DNA of 64,000 nucleotides from assembly GCA_008632985.1 (NCBI GenBank), contig QPGO01000091.1, positions 1 to 64,000 on the forward strand. The letters run 5' to 3'. Under the pieces are notes generated by a model that saw only the letters and a list, made by a program, of their open reading frames with translations, was not told where the DNA came from and did not search any database. Below are positions 1-12,031 of this stretch, piece after piece. A program made the position numbers and the translations under genes. Each line of letters starts with the position of its first letter. Within the stretch, counting starts at the first letter, position 1. Origin of the DNA: Psammoneis japonica (Eukaryota).

Positions 1-1104
1 CCCCTGGCTGATCATGCACGCACTTGGGGTGCAACAAAAAAAGATGATTGGCAGGACACACAAACGTGTTCTTGAGCGAAACGACAATGCACTGAGGAAG
101 AAGCAGCGTGATGCTGGTGTGACAGCATTCAACTCCGACGAAAAGTGGGAGCAGGTGTGTGCTCCACATGAATGCTTCAAGTGGCATCAAAGAATCTTGA
201 ACTCTGTTCATTGTGTTTGTGATTGCTGTCCCAAGGGAACAATCGCCTGGTCATTTGTGCACCACAGTCAAGTGGTGAACGCCATTTTTCAGTGTGATGG
301 GAGGGACAATTTTGCAAAGGATTCGCGATCGCTTCACTGTGGAATTCGGAAGTTTTTTCAGCATGTTTGCAACTCGGAAGAGACGCAGAATCCCACCAGA
401 GTCATGGAGGTGATTGAGCTCCTTGATCTGGTGGAGCAGAATCTGCGGCACCTGACGCCGGATGTCATTGGGGACGGGCACAATCCGGCAGACTTCTTGA
501 GTGAGAACGAGCTTTCAATGTTGGTGAACAACATGGACCACTCGTGTGAACATGCTGAAGTGCATCTCATGGCAGAGCTGGAACAGAATTGGGAGCTGTT
601 CGATGCTGCACACCTGGAGCAGTGCTGTTTTGGAAGGTGCTGTCTCTAGAGAATTGACGGCATGCACTTAGAACTGGCACCAGAGTGTCTGTGTTGTCCT
701 GCCATTGCATCAAATTGGCACTTTGTTCCGTGGTCGGGCCAAAAGGAGCAATTCAATGGCAAACTCTAGAAGGTTTTGGTGGTGGCACGAAATGGCACGT
801 GAACAAAAACATGCAAAAGCAGCACCGCGTGGCCCAAAAAGAACAACACAGTGTTTCCTCGTGGACAATTGTCGCTTGCTAGAGGAAGCATCATGGCAAA
901 GCAAGAGTGCTGCACTGTGCCGCACACTCTGGCCAGTGACACACAAAATTGGCCACTTTCAGTTTCACGCGTGGAAGCACGGCAAAAGTTTTTCTGCTTC
1001 GGGCAGTGCATTTCAATCTGATCTGCTTCCGACATGCGCACACAAGCAACAGTGTCAAAACCTCATCACCAGCATTGTTTTGCACACAAGTGCGAGCCAT
1101 TTCT

Positions 1105-1180
1105 CATTTCATTCAGCTCCTGGCCACAAATTGTTTGTGGCCATTTCATTCAGCTCCTGGCCACAAATTGTTTGTGGCCA
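1105..1180 (+). repeat. 2 x 37-bp tandem repeat, each unit with a hairpin TGGCCACAAA-ttg-TTTGTGGCCA
   Basis: Unit catttcattcagctcctggccacaaattgtttgtggc read twice. Confidence 0.9.
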
Positions 1181-2026
1181 ATTTTCCAAGCTGCTGGCTG
1201 GAGTGCCGGTGCACTCATTTGTCTTTCCTCATCATTGACCAAAAAGCATCAACGCTGACGCGATCTCTCTCACAATTGTGCATCATCAGACTGGCTCCTC
1301 TTGGACATGTGATCAAAGGTTTTCCTGCTTCAGTTCTCTCAGAAGAATCATTCTCCATGTCATCAACAAGCATCGGAAACACAATGTTCAAAAGCAGGGT
1401 CGTTGCTCATCTGCACACTCCCCTGGGCAATGCAGCTCCCATGGGTGTCAATGTCCACATTTCCACCAATGTTTGTGTCTGACAATTCCTTGCAGAGGCA
1501 AAATCATTCATTCCTGCCTCTGCATCTCTGCTCCATCCTCAATCTGTCCATCCTCTGCCGCATCGTGCACACCTCTGGCGATGTTTTTTGCATCTCTCAA
1601 CGGAGCTCCCAATTCTGATGCTGCGCCAATGCTTTCTGACCAAGGCTGTTGTTTTCCCAAATTCCATGACACTCACTTTCCATTTCTCTGAGTCACCTCC
1701 ATTGTTTGGAGCAGCCAGGGCTGGCTCGCCTTGCATGTCACTCACTGCAAGATTGACCAAATTTGCTCCAACAACAAGGGTGGCACTGATGACAGCCAAT
1801 GCGTTTCTTTCCTTTTGCACAATCCACCATGCAACAAGGAGAAAGCTGGTGAAAAATTTCCAGGAGTGCAGCAACAGATTGAAAATGCTTGCCAGCGGTG
1901 TTCCTCAAATGCCGTTTTTTGCTTCTGCTGGTTGCCCCCTGCAAAACAAGGAGCAATGAAAATTTTGATTTGTTCATCATGTTTTAGCGCACATGTTCAA
2001 TGCATCATCCATGAACCAACCATGGT

Positions 2027-2359
2027 TCAGGATGGATTCAGAACTCTGTCACTCTTGTTCTCATTGTCTTGTTTGTGTGACTCGCTCCTTGTGTGACCAT
2101 CAGGATCATCAGGCAAGGCACTCAAGACGAGCTTGAAATGCAATGAGTTGTTTCTTGCACCAGCAACCAATTGCAACAGTTCCATGTCTTGAGAGTGTGC
2201 AAGTCTCTGCTCAAGGTGTTTGTGGATGCTCGCGCATGAGAACAGAAACTCCACTGTCTCTGCCAATTTAATAGCAGCCCTCAAAGAAACAAAAAAAAAA
2301 TGTGCTTTTGTGTCATTCAGCCATCTTCCCTCCTCATGCTCTAAGGGACTCAACTGCAA
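2027..2359 (-). pseudogene. Possible Ulp1/C48 peptidase N-terminal fragment
   Basis: GRWLNDTKAHFF resembles the WLNDxxINFY motif; catalytic H-D-C not confidently found. Confidence 0.3.
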
Positions 2360-3633
2360 ACATTCTGATCACAGATCTGACAAGAACCCTTCCTCTGCTG
2401 GCAGATCACAACCCTTTTTACACAACAGCAAAATGGGGCTGCAACACTCAAGTTCAATGGACACACAACAAGAAGCAAAGTGCAGCAGCATCTTTCCTTC
2501 AATGTTGTGCGACCAAAAACATGTGGCTTTGTCATCATCATAAAAAAGCTTTTGGTTGCTGCCTTTTGTGCCTGTGTTTCAAACAATTTTGTTGATGTTT
2601 CGTTGCTGTCCCTGTCATCATCACTGCGCTTGCTGCGAAGCTGGCTGCAGTGGCTGGCTCCACCAATTTGATCAGACCTGAACCATCCAACAAAGAATGC
2701 ACCCATGCTTTGTCTTGAAGTCCAAACAAATGTGATGGACTGCCAAGGTCAGTGTTGGAATGTTCAGACCAAAGAAGTGTGTGCTGCATTGCAAGTTTCG
2801 TGAAACAATGCCACACAAAAAGGAGACGAGAGAGCATGGCATGCTCTTTGTTTTTCTGTAGAAATGAGATCTTCCTCCATGTTCCAAGTTTTCCTTGATC
2901 CTTTTTTGGCATGTCATCCAGGAGGGTGTCTCTGACCTTCGGTTAAAAAACAATCCAGGACCCTCGCTTTCTTGCAATGACAGGAGGCACCGGGGTGAGG
3001 CATTTGAGAAAGCACGTTCGTTTGTGCAGAGCATTTTTGAACCAGGCCTGTGGGGAGCATTGACCATTGTCTGTTCGTGTGTCGTTGCAGGTCGGTGCTG
3101 CACGGTGTGAATGCAGGGCCCTGCTGCACTTCGAAGTACGTGCAGTTGGCAATGGTGTTGTGCCGGTGCATGCTCGTGTGCCGTGCAGTGTGTGATGTTG
3201 TGTGGGCGGTGTGTGCGTGGGTTGTGTCGGTGGATGGTCAGACGGTTGTGACGTTGTGACCGTTGTCAACTGCAGATGGCGCCGAGCATGGTGACGTGGA
3301 TCGCCATTGTGCCAGATGTTTCATGTTGAGTTTGGGGCAGTGCCGCAGAACATTTTTGCTCGTGATTGATCATTGTGTGATGCACATGGTTGCATGTTGA
3401 ATGCAGATGCATTTCTGAAAAGCTGTCACGTTGGAGCCTGTTGCATCAAGCAAACCGGAGTCTGGATCTGGAAGGCAGTGTGACGTGTTTGCGTGTGGAA
3501 CAGCATGATTGAGGGCATGCAGATCCTGCTGGGTTTTCGTGGAACATCGACACAGTTTGTTGTTGTTGGCGGCAGACAGAGAATCTTCTGCATTGGGTGC
3601 ATTGTCATCATCGTAACCATGTCCAGTTGCGCA

Positions 3634-4060
3634 ATGGCTCGCGTCAAGCAAACCGCATGCAAAAATGCCACAGGTGTCGTCGGTCGCAAGAGGTTGCGCG
3701 GCAAAGCGGCAAAGGTTGATTCCAAGGCTGCCGGAAGGAAGAAACGTTGTCGCTTCCGCCCCGGAGTCGTCGCGTTGCGTGAGATCCGGAAGCATCAGAA
3801 GTCGACGGAGTTGTTGATCCAGAAGGCACCGTTTCAGCGGCTTGTTTGTCAAGTGGCTGGTGAAGTGACGAGTGAATTGGGAATGCAGGGGGTGAGATTC
3901 CAGTCGACGGCCATCTTGGCATTGCAGGAGGCTTTGGAAGCGCATCTGATTGGATTGCTTCATGACAGCAATCTTTGCGCTGTCCATGCGGGGCGTGTGA
4001 CCATCATGCCGAAGGATCTGATGTTGGCTTGACGCATTCATGGCAAACATTGCCAGGCAG
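3634..4060 (+). pseudogene. H3: Divergent histone H3-like gene, decayed (TGA at 4030 where canonical H3 has Arg)
   Basis: MARVKQTA.K...[32 protein letters not shown]...[17 protein letters not shown]...[26 protein letters not shown] aligns along the H3 histone fold. Confidence 0.93.
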
Positions 4061-4391
4061 AAGAGAGAGGTTGGTGGCCTCTGGTTGTTGGGAAGCGAGG
4101 AGGGACTTCTTGCGTGGTTGAGATGCAGGGATGTTGTTGCATGTTCGGATGCATTGCACAGTGTTTAAGTTGGCGGTGTGCCAGATTAGAGTGTGTGTTT
4201 GTCATTTGTTGTGTGTGTTTTACGGTGTTGCAGTTCCAGCAGTTCTGGCATTAAAAAGTTGCATGGATCGTTGCCAAGCAATGTGCAGCATTGTGCAGTT
4301 ATGATGAATGGAGAAATGGATGTGCGGAGAGGTGCAGGGTGGGCCGCGGGCCCGGCAAGAGTCCTTTCTGCGCAATGTCCAGAGTGAGTTG

Positions 4392-5230
4392 TCAATCATC
4401 GCAGGCTTCGAGGGTGTCTAGGACGCCCTGCTTCACCGGACTTGCACCATTGGAGGCTTTCTGTTTGCCATCCTTGTCGTCTTCGACTGCATGGCCAAAC
4501 TCGTGAAGGGCGGTGTTGACTTTGTTTGGGCCACAGTGCAGTTCCATGGTTTCTTGATCGGCGCAAATGTCATCTTGGGTGCTGTCCGGGAAGCTGCATT
4601 GCATGACATCCATCGTGTTGGCAAGGGTGAGGTGGTTTCCAAGGTGAGCGTCGCCTGGCCCATTGACAGGAGTGAGGTCGGACCCGACGTCGCAGGGATT
4701 GTTCCACTTGAAATCTCTCTTGACAACTTCGTTCAGGACGTCGCAGAGGCGCATCACCCATTTCCTGCATGGTTCTGGCATGTTCAACTTGGGGTCTTTC
4801 AGGACCCGGACCATGAGGGGCCAGGGCGTTTCGCACACCTGGCTTGGATCGGATTTGGATTTGCTCTCTGCCGACCACACACAGATCGGGTTGCAGGTGC
4901 TGACGAGATTTTTTACGAAGTGAATGCCTGCAATCGACAAAATCTTGGTGGTCTTCAAGGCATCCCACCATGGCTTGGCGAAAGGTGGCATCGTGGTGGA
5001 ACAGTTGCAACTGATGAGCCTTGCGATGATTTCTCCTGATCGAGTGCCGAAATGGTTGATGTGGTTTCTGCTTCTGGGTTTTTTTTGGTCGGAGATTCTT
5101 TGACATCGGTGGCCACCTTGAAGTTCTGTCTGCGTTTGAGCGGCCTGTGGGTCGGCGTCTCACTCTCGGAAGGTGATTTCGATTTAGCGGCCATTGACTT
5201 GGTGCTTCGCTTCTTCGGATCGTTCGGCAT
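4392..5230 (-). pseudogene. Hypothetical TE-associated ORF, frameshifted near 4980
   Basis: Lys/Ser-rich N-terminus (MPNDPKKRSTKS...) followed in another frame by a globular-looking region; no family recognised. Confidence 0.4.
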
Positions 5231-5309
5231 GGTGATGGTGGACGGGGCAGCATTGGGTGTGACTGTGGAAGCAGTGTTGCTGTGGCTTCTTTCGTTTTGT
5301 GGGAGGAGA

Positions 5310-5965
5310 AATGTGTGATCGAAGAAGGGAGGGTTCGCAAATGGTGAGGAGGAGGCGCAAATGGTTGTGTGGGGTGGTTTGTCCAAAGTGCAGAGGATTT
5401 GGAAAAGAGGCAATTGCGTTGATCGTGGCATGACTGGTTTGCAATGGGTGGTGGTTTGTCCGCAGGAGAGAGATTTCGCAATTTCGACAATGGCTTGATT
5501 GGCTCACAAGGGGTGGTTCATCCGATGGAAGTTGGGTTTGCATGCATGGGGTTTTGCAAGGGGTGGGTTGTCTGATGAATGGAAGGTTCTCAAAGGATGC
5601 AGGGGCAATTGTGGTTTGTTTGAAGAACAAAAAAGGCATGTGTTGCTTCCAAGCACAAATCTTGTGGTGTGTCCGAAGATCGGAGGGTTGGGCAAAAGTC
5701 AGTGAAAGGCACAAATGGGTCACAAGAGGTGGTTTGTCCGAAGAAGGGAGGGTTCGGAAATGAGGAAATTGTGATGACTCTGAAATGACTGTTCAGCAAG
5801 ATGTGGTTTGTCCAAAGAAGGGAGGGTTCGCAATTGAGTCAAAGGCACAACTGGTTTGTCGGGGTGGTTTGTCCGAACAATGATGGGTTTGAAATTGTGC
5901 GAGCAAAGGACAAGTGTCTTGCAAGGGGTGGTTTGTCCAAGGAACTGCAGGTTTTTCGCAAAAGA
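5310..5965 (+). repeat. Array of ~11 degenerate ~33-36 bp repeats (AAGGGGTGGTTTGTCCGAAGAAGGGAGGGTTCGCAA-like) with variable spacers
   Basis: Copies near 5317, 5371, 5450, 5510, 5560, 5610, 5664, 5724, 5798, 5861, 5923. Confidence 0.8.
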
Positions 5966-6389
5966 GTCACGGTCCACAATTGTTTCGCAGGGGGGGCGGT
6001 GTCTCGGCAGACAGCGCACCGGCAATTTTGTGCTGCACCTGCACAAGCACGGCAAATTTGCCGGTAACTGATTGTGTGTTGTCATGGTGCCGTGGGCCTT
6101 TACGGTGGTGCTGCAGGCACGGGCATGGTCGCACCGTTGGCAATTGGACTGGTGGCAATGTGGGTGTGTCGACACATGGGAGTGACAGTCGCAATGGCTG
6201 TCGAGTGGGGCATGCACGTGTGGCGTTGTGTGTGGGTGGGACAAGACGCCTTGCCGGAGGTGCTCAGTTGGAATGCAGGCTGGCATTTCGCTGAGGTTTT
6301 TGCACGCACACTTTAAAGACAGTGCAAAGTAAAACACGCAATGGTGAAAATAAAACGCAATTGTCACTGTGATTGAAGCGAAAATGTGT

Positions 6390-9300
6390 GCCCAGCTGAA
6401 TTGGATTTGCCAATCACCCTTGTGCGTTCCGTCGGGAGGTGCGGTGCGAACGAGTGAGTCAAGCCGTTGCCACTCGCCGTCCACTAAAATTTTGTGGTGG
6501 ATTTTTTTCTTGGACAGAACTCGGCACATGTTGGACGCCGCTTGCATTTGGTTTGCAACGAACACAAGGAACTCCCACTTGCAATCACTGCCTCTTGCCC
6601 GACCACAGCCGCACTGTTCGACATGTGATTTTTCCACGTGTGTCTGCTTGAGTTCGCGTGGCTCCGACATGACATCATCGAACTGGGCGCAGATCGTGAG
6701 TTCATTGCCATTGTCATCGTAGCAGGACGTCCTGCCGCACGTAAGAAACCAGCATCCAGGACCGCACGAAAGGTTCTCAGAGACAAATGCCTCCAGTGCA
6801 TGAGCAGGATTTGCCAGTCCGAACAGGGAGAAGAGCCGGATGAGGTCCATTGCCGTGAGGTGGCCCAATCCTTTCAATGTGCGACTTTGTACGATGGTTC
6901 GATGAACCTTGTCAGCTGTTTTGGGCACTGATCTGGTTCCCGAATGCAAGGTCCGTAGCAGCTCCTCTGCGCAATTTCCCATGGCCTCGATGACAGGTTT
7001 GTCTGTGCAAGATTGGACCGCCGGTGGTTGCAACGCGTGGTGGCGGGGGTGGGCACATCTTGGACAGCATCTGTCCCCCTTGCGGCTTGTTGGTTGTGTC
7101 AGTGAGAGTGGCTCGCCAAAGGACAGGCAGTGCAATTCCGCCGCACACAACATGCACAAATTGCGTTCGACATGGATGGCCGTGAAGAAGGCACCGGGTT
7201 GTCCATTGAAGCGGTTCTCCATGAAATTGTGCAGGACGGTGAGGATCAGCCACTGCCCCGGACATTCGCGTGCAACGAAAAGGCACAAAAACACCAAGTC
7301 CCTGGCAACCACCACTGTGGTGATGCATTCCGTGGTGTCGAGCCATCGGAGGAAGCGCAGGATGACGTCGACCGTGCTGGAGCACTTCAGCATTTTAGCA
7401 ATGCGCTCCAAAAGGAAGCACGTGTGTGCCATCATTCAGCTGTCGTGCTCTGCAAATGTCTGTCTGTTGGCGCGCCACTTGCTCAGCCGTTCCATCGTCG
7501 CTTGGGTTGGTCCTTTGTCATCGCAATCAAACAGGTTGACGTCCAACCAAGTTTCGTCCGTGAGGGCGGCGAGGAAGTCCGTGCAGACGCCGCTGGCCGC
7601 AATGGATCTTTCCAAGCTCATTGCTCTGGAGCAGACGACTTGTTTGTTGCAGAACATTGTGCCGAGGTTGATGATTCGGGATCGTGTGCCTGCGTTGAGG
7701 AGGGTCTTCTGTTGTGCCTTGCTGAAATGATTGGACATTTCCACTTTCAGATTGAGTCCCGTGGAATGACAGCACTTGTCCGTGGAAGAATCCCCGGCAT
7801 CAAGGTGCAACCCCGTTAAGTCCGTGACGTGGAATTGCGTGGCGTGGTGTTTCATGCCGGTGATGTCTTCCGCATTCATCTTCTGGCGGAGATGTTTCAG
7901 CATGAACTCTCGGTGTGGGCAGTGCAGAAAATGTTGTGACTCGTCACCGTGGAAGATCGCCGACACGACAAAATCGCGTGCCATGGACGACAGTTCTGCC
8001 ATCTCTCTCAAAAATTCCTTGCTGAGATGCTCTGTTTTTCTGCCGACACCGGGAAACATCACACCTTCATGCTTGCACATGACTTGTGCTTGCTGGTTGC
8101 TTGTCCCGACGTTCAGTGACATCAAATTCCGTTCGCAGTCCTTTTTGGCCGACTTGCAAAATTCGTCAAGGTGCAGGCGGATGATGCGGAACAGTTTGGC
8201 ACTGATGGGTTTCAGCAAATCGTGATGATTTGTTGCTGCAGGTTGGAGTGGATCGTTGGACGGAAAATGGTTCTTGTCATTGCGCAGTGGGATCACTTCC
8301 TGATTGCACTCCTCTTCTAGCTCGGGGATTTTCGCAATGGGTCCCACACCGTGGTGCGTGATGTTGAGAAGTTTGCTGAGCGTTAAATTCAAGGGAGTGC
8401 ATTGGACAGCGCAGATCTTGTCGACGTGTTTTTTTTCGGAGGAACTTCCAAGCGAGGCAGCCTCATTTGAAGTGAAGCATGGAAGTTGCTTTTTGCAACT
8501 TGGGAGCAAAATGGAAGAGACACCAGTCGCACATGTCGTCCATGGTGCATCGCGTTTCGTCCAGGGCGGTTTGTCGGAGTTCCATCATGAAATCCCACCA
8601 AGTCTGGTTTTCCCGGCAAGCTTCGAAGCGACGTTTGTTGCGCTGCGATTTCTTGGATTGTCGTTCGAGTTTCCATTTCTTGTGATCCAACTCATCTTGT
8701 AATTTCTTCGGAAGCCACAAATCGTCTGAACAGTTTGACAGATCGTCGTCGCAATCCATGACATCACAATCTTCTTCTCAGGAACTGTCATTGTCTTCAC
8801 TGTCCTTTGGATCCGGCGGCAGTGTGAAGTTGTAGACGTGCTGTTTGTCTGCGTTTGGTCGTGATTGCCTTTCATTGTGGCAGACGAGGCATCGATGCTT
8901 CTTGTCCGTAAGATCCTGACGAGTCGTGCATGTTGGACACGTCCATTTGCGTGTGACAGGAAGTTTCGAAGTTTCCTTGGGGTGCGTCGCTTTGTTTGGA
9001 ACAGTCTTGGTGATGTCAATGCCTTGCTTTTTTAACGAAGCAATCGCAAGTTTTTTCTTGCGGCATTTTGTCTTCTTGCGTTGGTGTCCTTTGTTGACAC
9101 AACATTTGCGAGTTGTGTGTCAGTGCTTCTCTTTGGGAGGCAGCAAGGATGGGTCAAACTTGGGGACTGGAGGACCGATGCCGTCCACGGAAGGCTTCAA
9201 ATGCCATCCGTTCGTGTGCAAGGCCAGAGTCATTGGCATGGATGGAATGGGCAACAACCTGTGGATCGGAGGACTCGTGCCGTCCATGGAGGGTTTGAAG

Positions 9301-9700
9301 TGCCACTCGTTTGTGTGCGAGGCCGGTGTCATTGGCACGGGCGGAATGTGCAACATGCTCTTCGGGAATGGTTGCATCGTCGCACTCCGAGTGAACTGCG
9401 AAAGGTGAGGCAACGGCGGCCATTTTGGCGCAAGGGGACATGGTCGAGGTGGGGTTGGCGTTAAATTGTTGAACTCTCCAGCTTTCATGTGGTGCCCATG
9501 TGACGTGTTTGCTCCAACTGCACTGGCATGGCATGTTTGAAATTGGTTTTGTGTGACAGGTGGCATCGGAGTTGCACTGTGTGGTTCTGTCTGGTTTGGA
9601 TTCGGAGGGTGCTTGGGGTTTGGCGAGAGTTTGTGCTGTTGATGTTTGGGCATGGCAGGGTCGATGCAGTCAAGGCAACGGTGTGTGGCACCTCAACAGT
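6390..9700 (-). pseudogene. Large uncharacterised protein, copy A: HxD (TET/JBP-like) motif plus HhH-like helical region
   Basis: Consecutive ORFs 8463-8759, 7436-8509 and 5720-7435; TGLHLDAGD (~7790-7815), LKGLGHLTAMDLIRLFSLFGL (~6816-6877), VEQCGC (~6605-6622); low-complexity N-terminus. Confidence 0.5.
9145..9350 (-). repeat. 2 x 99-bp (33-aa) coding tandem repeat
   Basis: IPPVPMTPASHTNEWHFKPSMDGTSPPIHRLLP / IPSMPMTLALHTNGWHLKPSVDGIGPPVPKFDP. Confidence 0.8.
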
Positions 9701-9958
9701 TCCAAGTCATTGGTGGCAGTGGCGGAGGGTGGTGGAGGACACAAGAGGGGCAACGGATGCACGTGCATGTGGCATCTCATGGCGTGGCATGTTGTTGCGG
9801 CGGGAATGTTCTGCATGACATTGTGAGAGATGATGTCATCACAATGTTCACATGTTAATTGTCCCATGTGCACTGCAAAAGTGGAAATGCTTCACACAAA
9901 GGAGGTTGCAAGAAAAGTTCAGCATTTGCCCTGACAATGAATTTGCTGACCAAATTCA

Positions 9959-10003
9959 TTTTTGATGACACGTGAAGGGTGCATTTAAGGAAAAGACAAA
10001 AAC
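9959..10003 (+). repeat. Left arm of inverted repeat (partner 13069-13113)
   Basis: tttttgatgacacgtgaagggtgcatttaaggaaaagacaaaaac vs reverse complement of partner tttttgatgatgcgagaagggtgcatttaaggaagagacaaaaac. Confidence 0.9.
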
Positions 10004-10537
10004 CGAATCACAGTTGTTGGTGTCGATTGTTTGGAAACTTGCTTTGTGTGCGTGCAGTTTTCACTGCAGTTGCAGCAATTGTTGGGGGCAACAAGACCAT
10101 CATCAGGGCTTCTCTCTGTGTCTTGCTGCAGAAAATTGCACTTCATGGCAGCTGCTGCAGCAACCACTGTACAGCACCGGTGCTGCAGTGCTGTGGTGCG
10201 GTGTCGCATGCATCCGCTGCAGTTTGCAGCACAGACCAGCAAGTGACAAGTGCCACCGAGACAACTGTTTTTGTTGGCGTCTTCGTGACAAGTCATTGCT
10301 GTCTGCATTGCAGTGTGGTGGTGGCACTGTGTTATGACAGGTGGTTTGCAGTGCAGTGCAACAATGGTTTGTGCGAGTCGCAAAGGGACCGCACAAGAAC
10401 TTCAAGAACCACATCCAGTTGGCAAGAATTGCCAACAAGACAATGCTCCGGCAAAGGTCATGAGGGCTTGTGAGGCATCTCGCAAATGCTTTCACAGACA
10501 CAGCAGGGGCCTGCCTTGATTGCGTTGCAAGAAAGGA

Positions 10538-11218
10538 ATGGCGTTGAAGCGATCAAAAAGGAAAGCATCTGAGCAAGCGCAACATGCCACAAGTGGTGCA
10601 GATGGCACAGAATGTGATTTGTTCAAAGACTTTCGAGTTGATCGCACGCATCCGGAAAAGGTAAAAAAACATGGAAGTCATTGTCAATGGACCTCAATGT
10701 TGCCTGTGGAGGTTGATGGTGTGTCACAGAAGGTCACCGTGAAACGACATGACAAGAACGCCACGCACAAGTTGTCCATTCTGTCCAAGAAGGGTGTCAT
10801 GGAAGATCACATCTTGGCAAAGTCCCTTCCTGTGAAGGACGTCATTGATGGTGACGCCCCTCACATGGTGGTTGCATTGCATCATTTTGAAAAGGGCAGC
10901 ACTGTGGGAGTGCATGTCGGAAAAGAACGGAGCGTGAACGCTTCTGAGTTGGAAAAAGCCTCGGTGTGTGTCCAAAAATGGCACCGGCACTTTTTGAAAC
11001 AGAAGGTGGTCAGAGATGTTGTGATGGGAATCGATGCAGCAGGAGGCATTGCATCTGGACGTCCCTTGCACCTTGGAGTGCATCTTGTCAACGACCCTGC
11101 TTTGTCTGGCGGGAAAGCGAGTGAAGCGAACTGTGAAGCAAAGACGGATGGCACCGTCGTCACTGCGAAAAGAGTCCATCCGGGACAAGAGTTGCTTTTC
11201 CATTGTGACTGGCAGTGA
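10538..11218 (+). pseudogene. SET-domain protein, decayed
   Basis: HLVNDP...ANCE...VVTAKRVHPGQELLFHCDW matches the SET NH..NC / GEELxxxY C-terminal motifs, with Y->C. Confidence 0.75.
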
Positions 11219-11219
11219 A

Positions 11220-11907
11220 CATGTTTTAAATTAAAGTGTGGTTGCAACGTCACACAGTGTGGCAATTGGCACTCCCGCCCACAAAAAGGACAACTTGGAG
11301 GTCCTTGAGAACTTCGCATCCAATGGCAGAGACAGCTTCGGTGGAAAGCATGAAGGCACACATGAGGCACAGCCACTTTGCAGTTGTCGTTGTCTTCCTT
11401 TTCGAAAGGCATTCTGCACATGCAGCATTCTTTGCCAGCGGCTCCCATGGTTGTCGGAAGGTTGCTGAAGCACTGATCTTCACAGACAATGCGTTTGATG
11501 CAATGAAGTTTGCTTGGATGAGTCTTCTTGCAAGGATCGCATCGGTTGATGGGGGGGATTCTCCGGAGACGCCTTGGTTCCGAAGTGTCAATTGGAGTGT
11601 GTTTGTTGCATGGAACCCAAGCATCTTCCTTGCAATCAACCCACCTTGTTTTTGTCCTCACGTCGTCTTTCCCGAATGCCTTGGGTCCTTGCAGTGCTTC
11701 AGCTTCATGTTTGATTTTTGCATTTCCGTGTTCTGCCAGGATCATTTTTCCGATGGGAGGCCGTTGAGACTTGAACGAAGCATGTTTGGTGGCAGCCCAA
11801 CAGACACGCTGCAGATGCGCTCCAGCCCCAGGTGGGAGCTCGTAGTGCTGATGTGTGACAACAATGACTTTTGTCATCCGTCGCATGTTTCGCACGCAGA
11901 TTTCCAC
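11220..11907 (-). pseudogene. RING-H2 finger protein, decayed
   Basis: CCMCRMPF...CLHAFHRSCLCHW...SCPFCG (C3H2C3 spacing) at ~11265-11435. Confidence 0.8.
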
Positions 11908-11998
11908 GTGTGATGTTTAAAAAAAATTGTCCAGACTCGCTGTTTTTGCGAAGCCCCAGACGTTTTACATGACAAATTTGCAGAAACAACAACGCGCT

Positions 11999-12031
11999 AG
12001 TTGCATTCTTCAATGTCTGAAGAATGCAACT
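11999..12031. other. Perfect 14-bp stem hairpin
   Basis: AGTTGCATTCTTCA-atgtc-TGAAGAATGCAACT. Confidence 0.9.

Noticed and set aside
14..649. 211-aa ORF at the window start
   Set aside because: Probably the tail of a decayed TE ORF, but no recognisable motif
3634..4060. Centromeric CenH3
   Set aside because: Loop 1 is longer, but PFQR, RFQ and an H3-like ARxKQTA tail are retained; not fully excluded without a phylogeny
5310..5965. CRISPR array
   Set aside because: Eukaryotic context, degenerate repeats, irregular spacers, no cas genes
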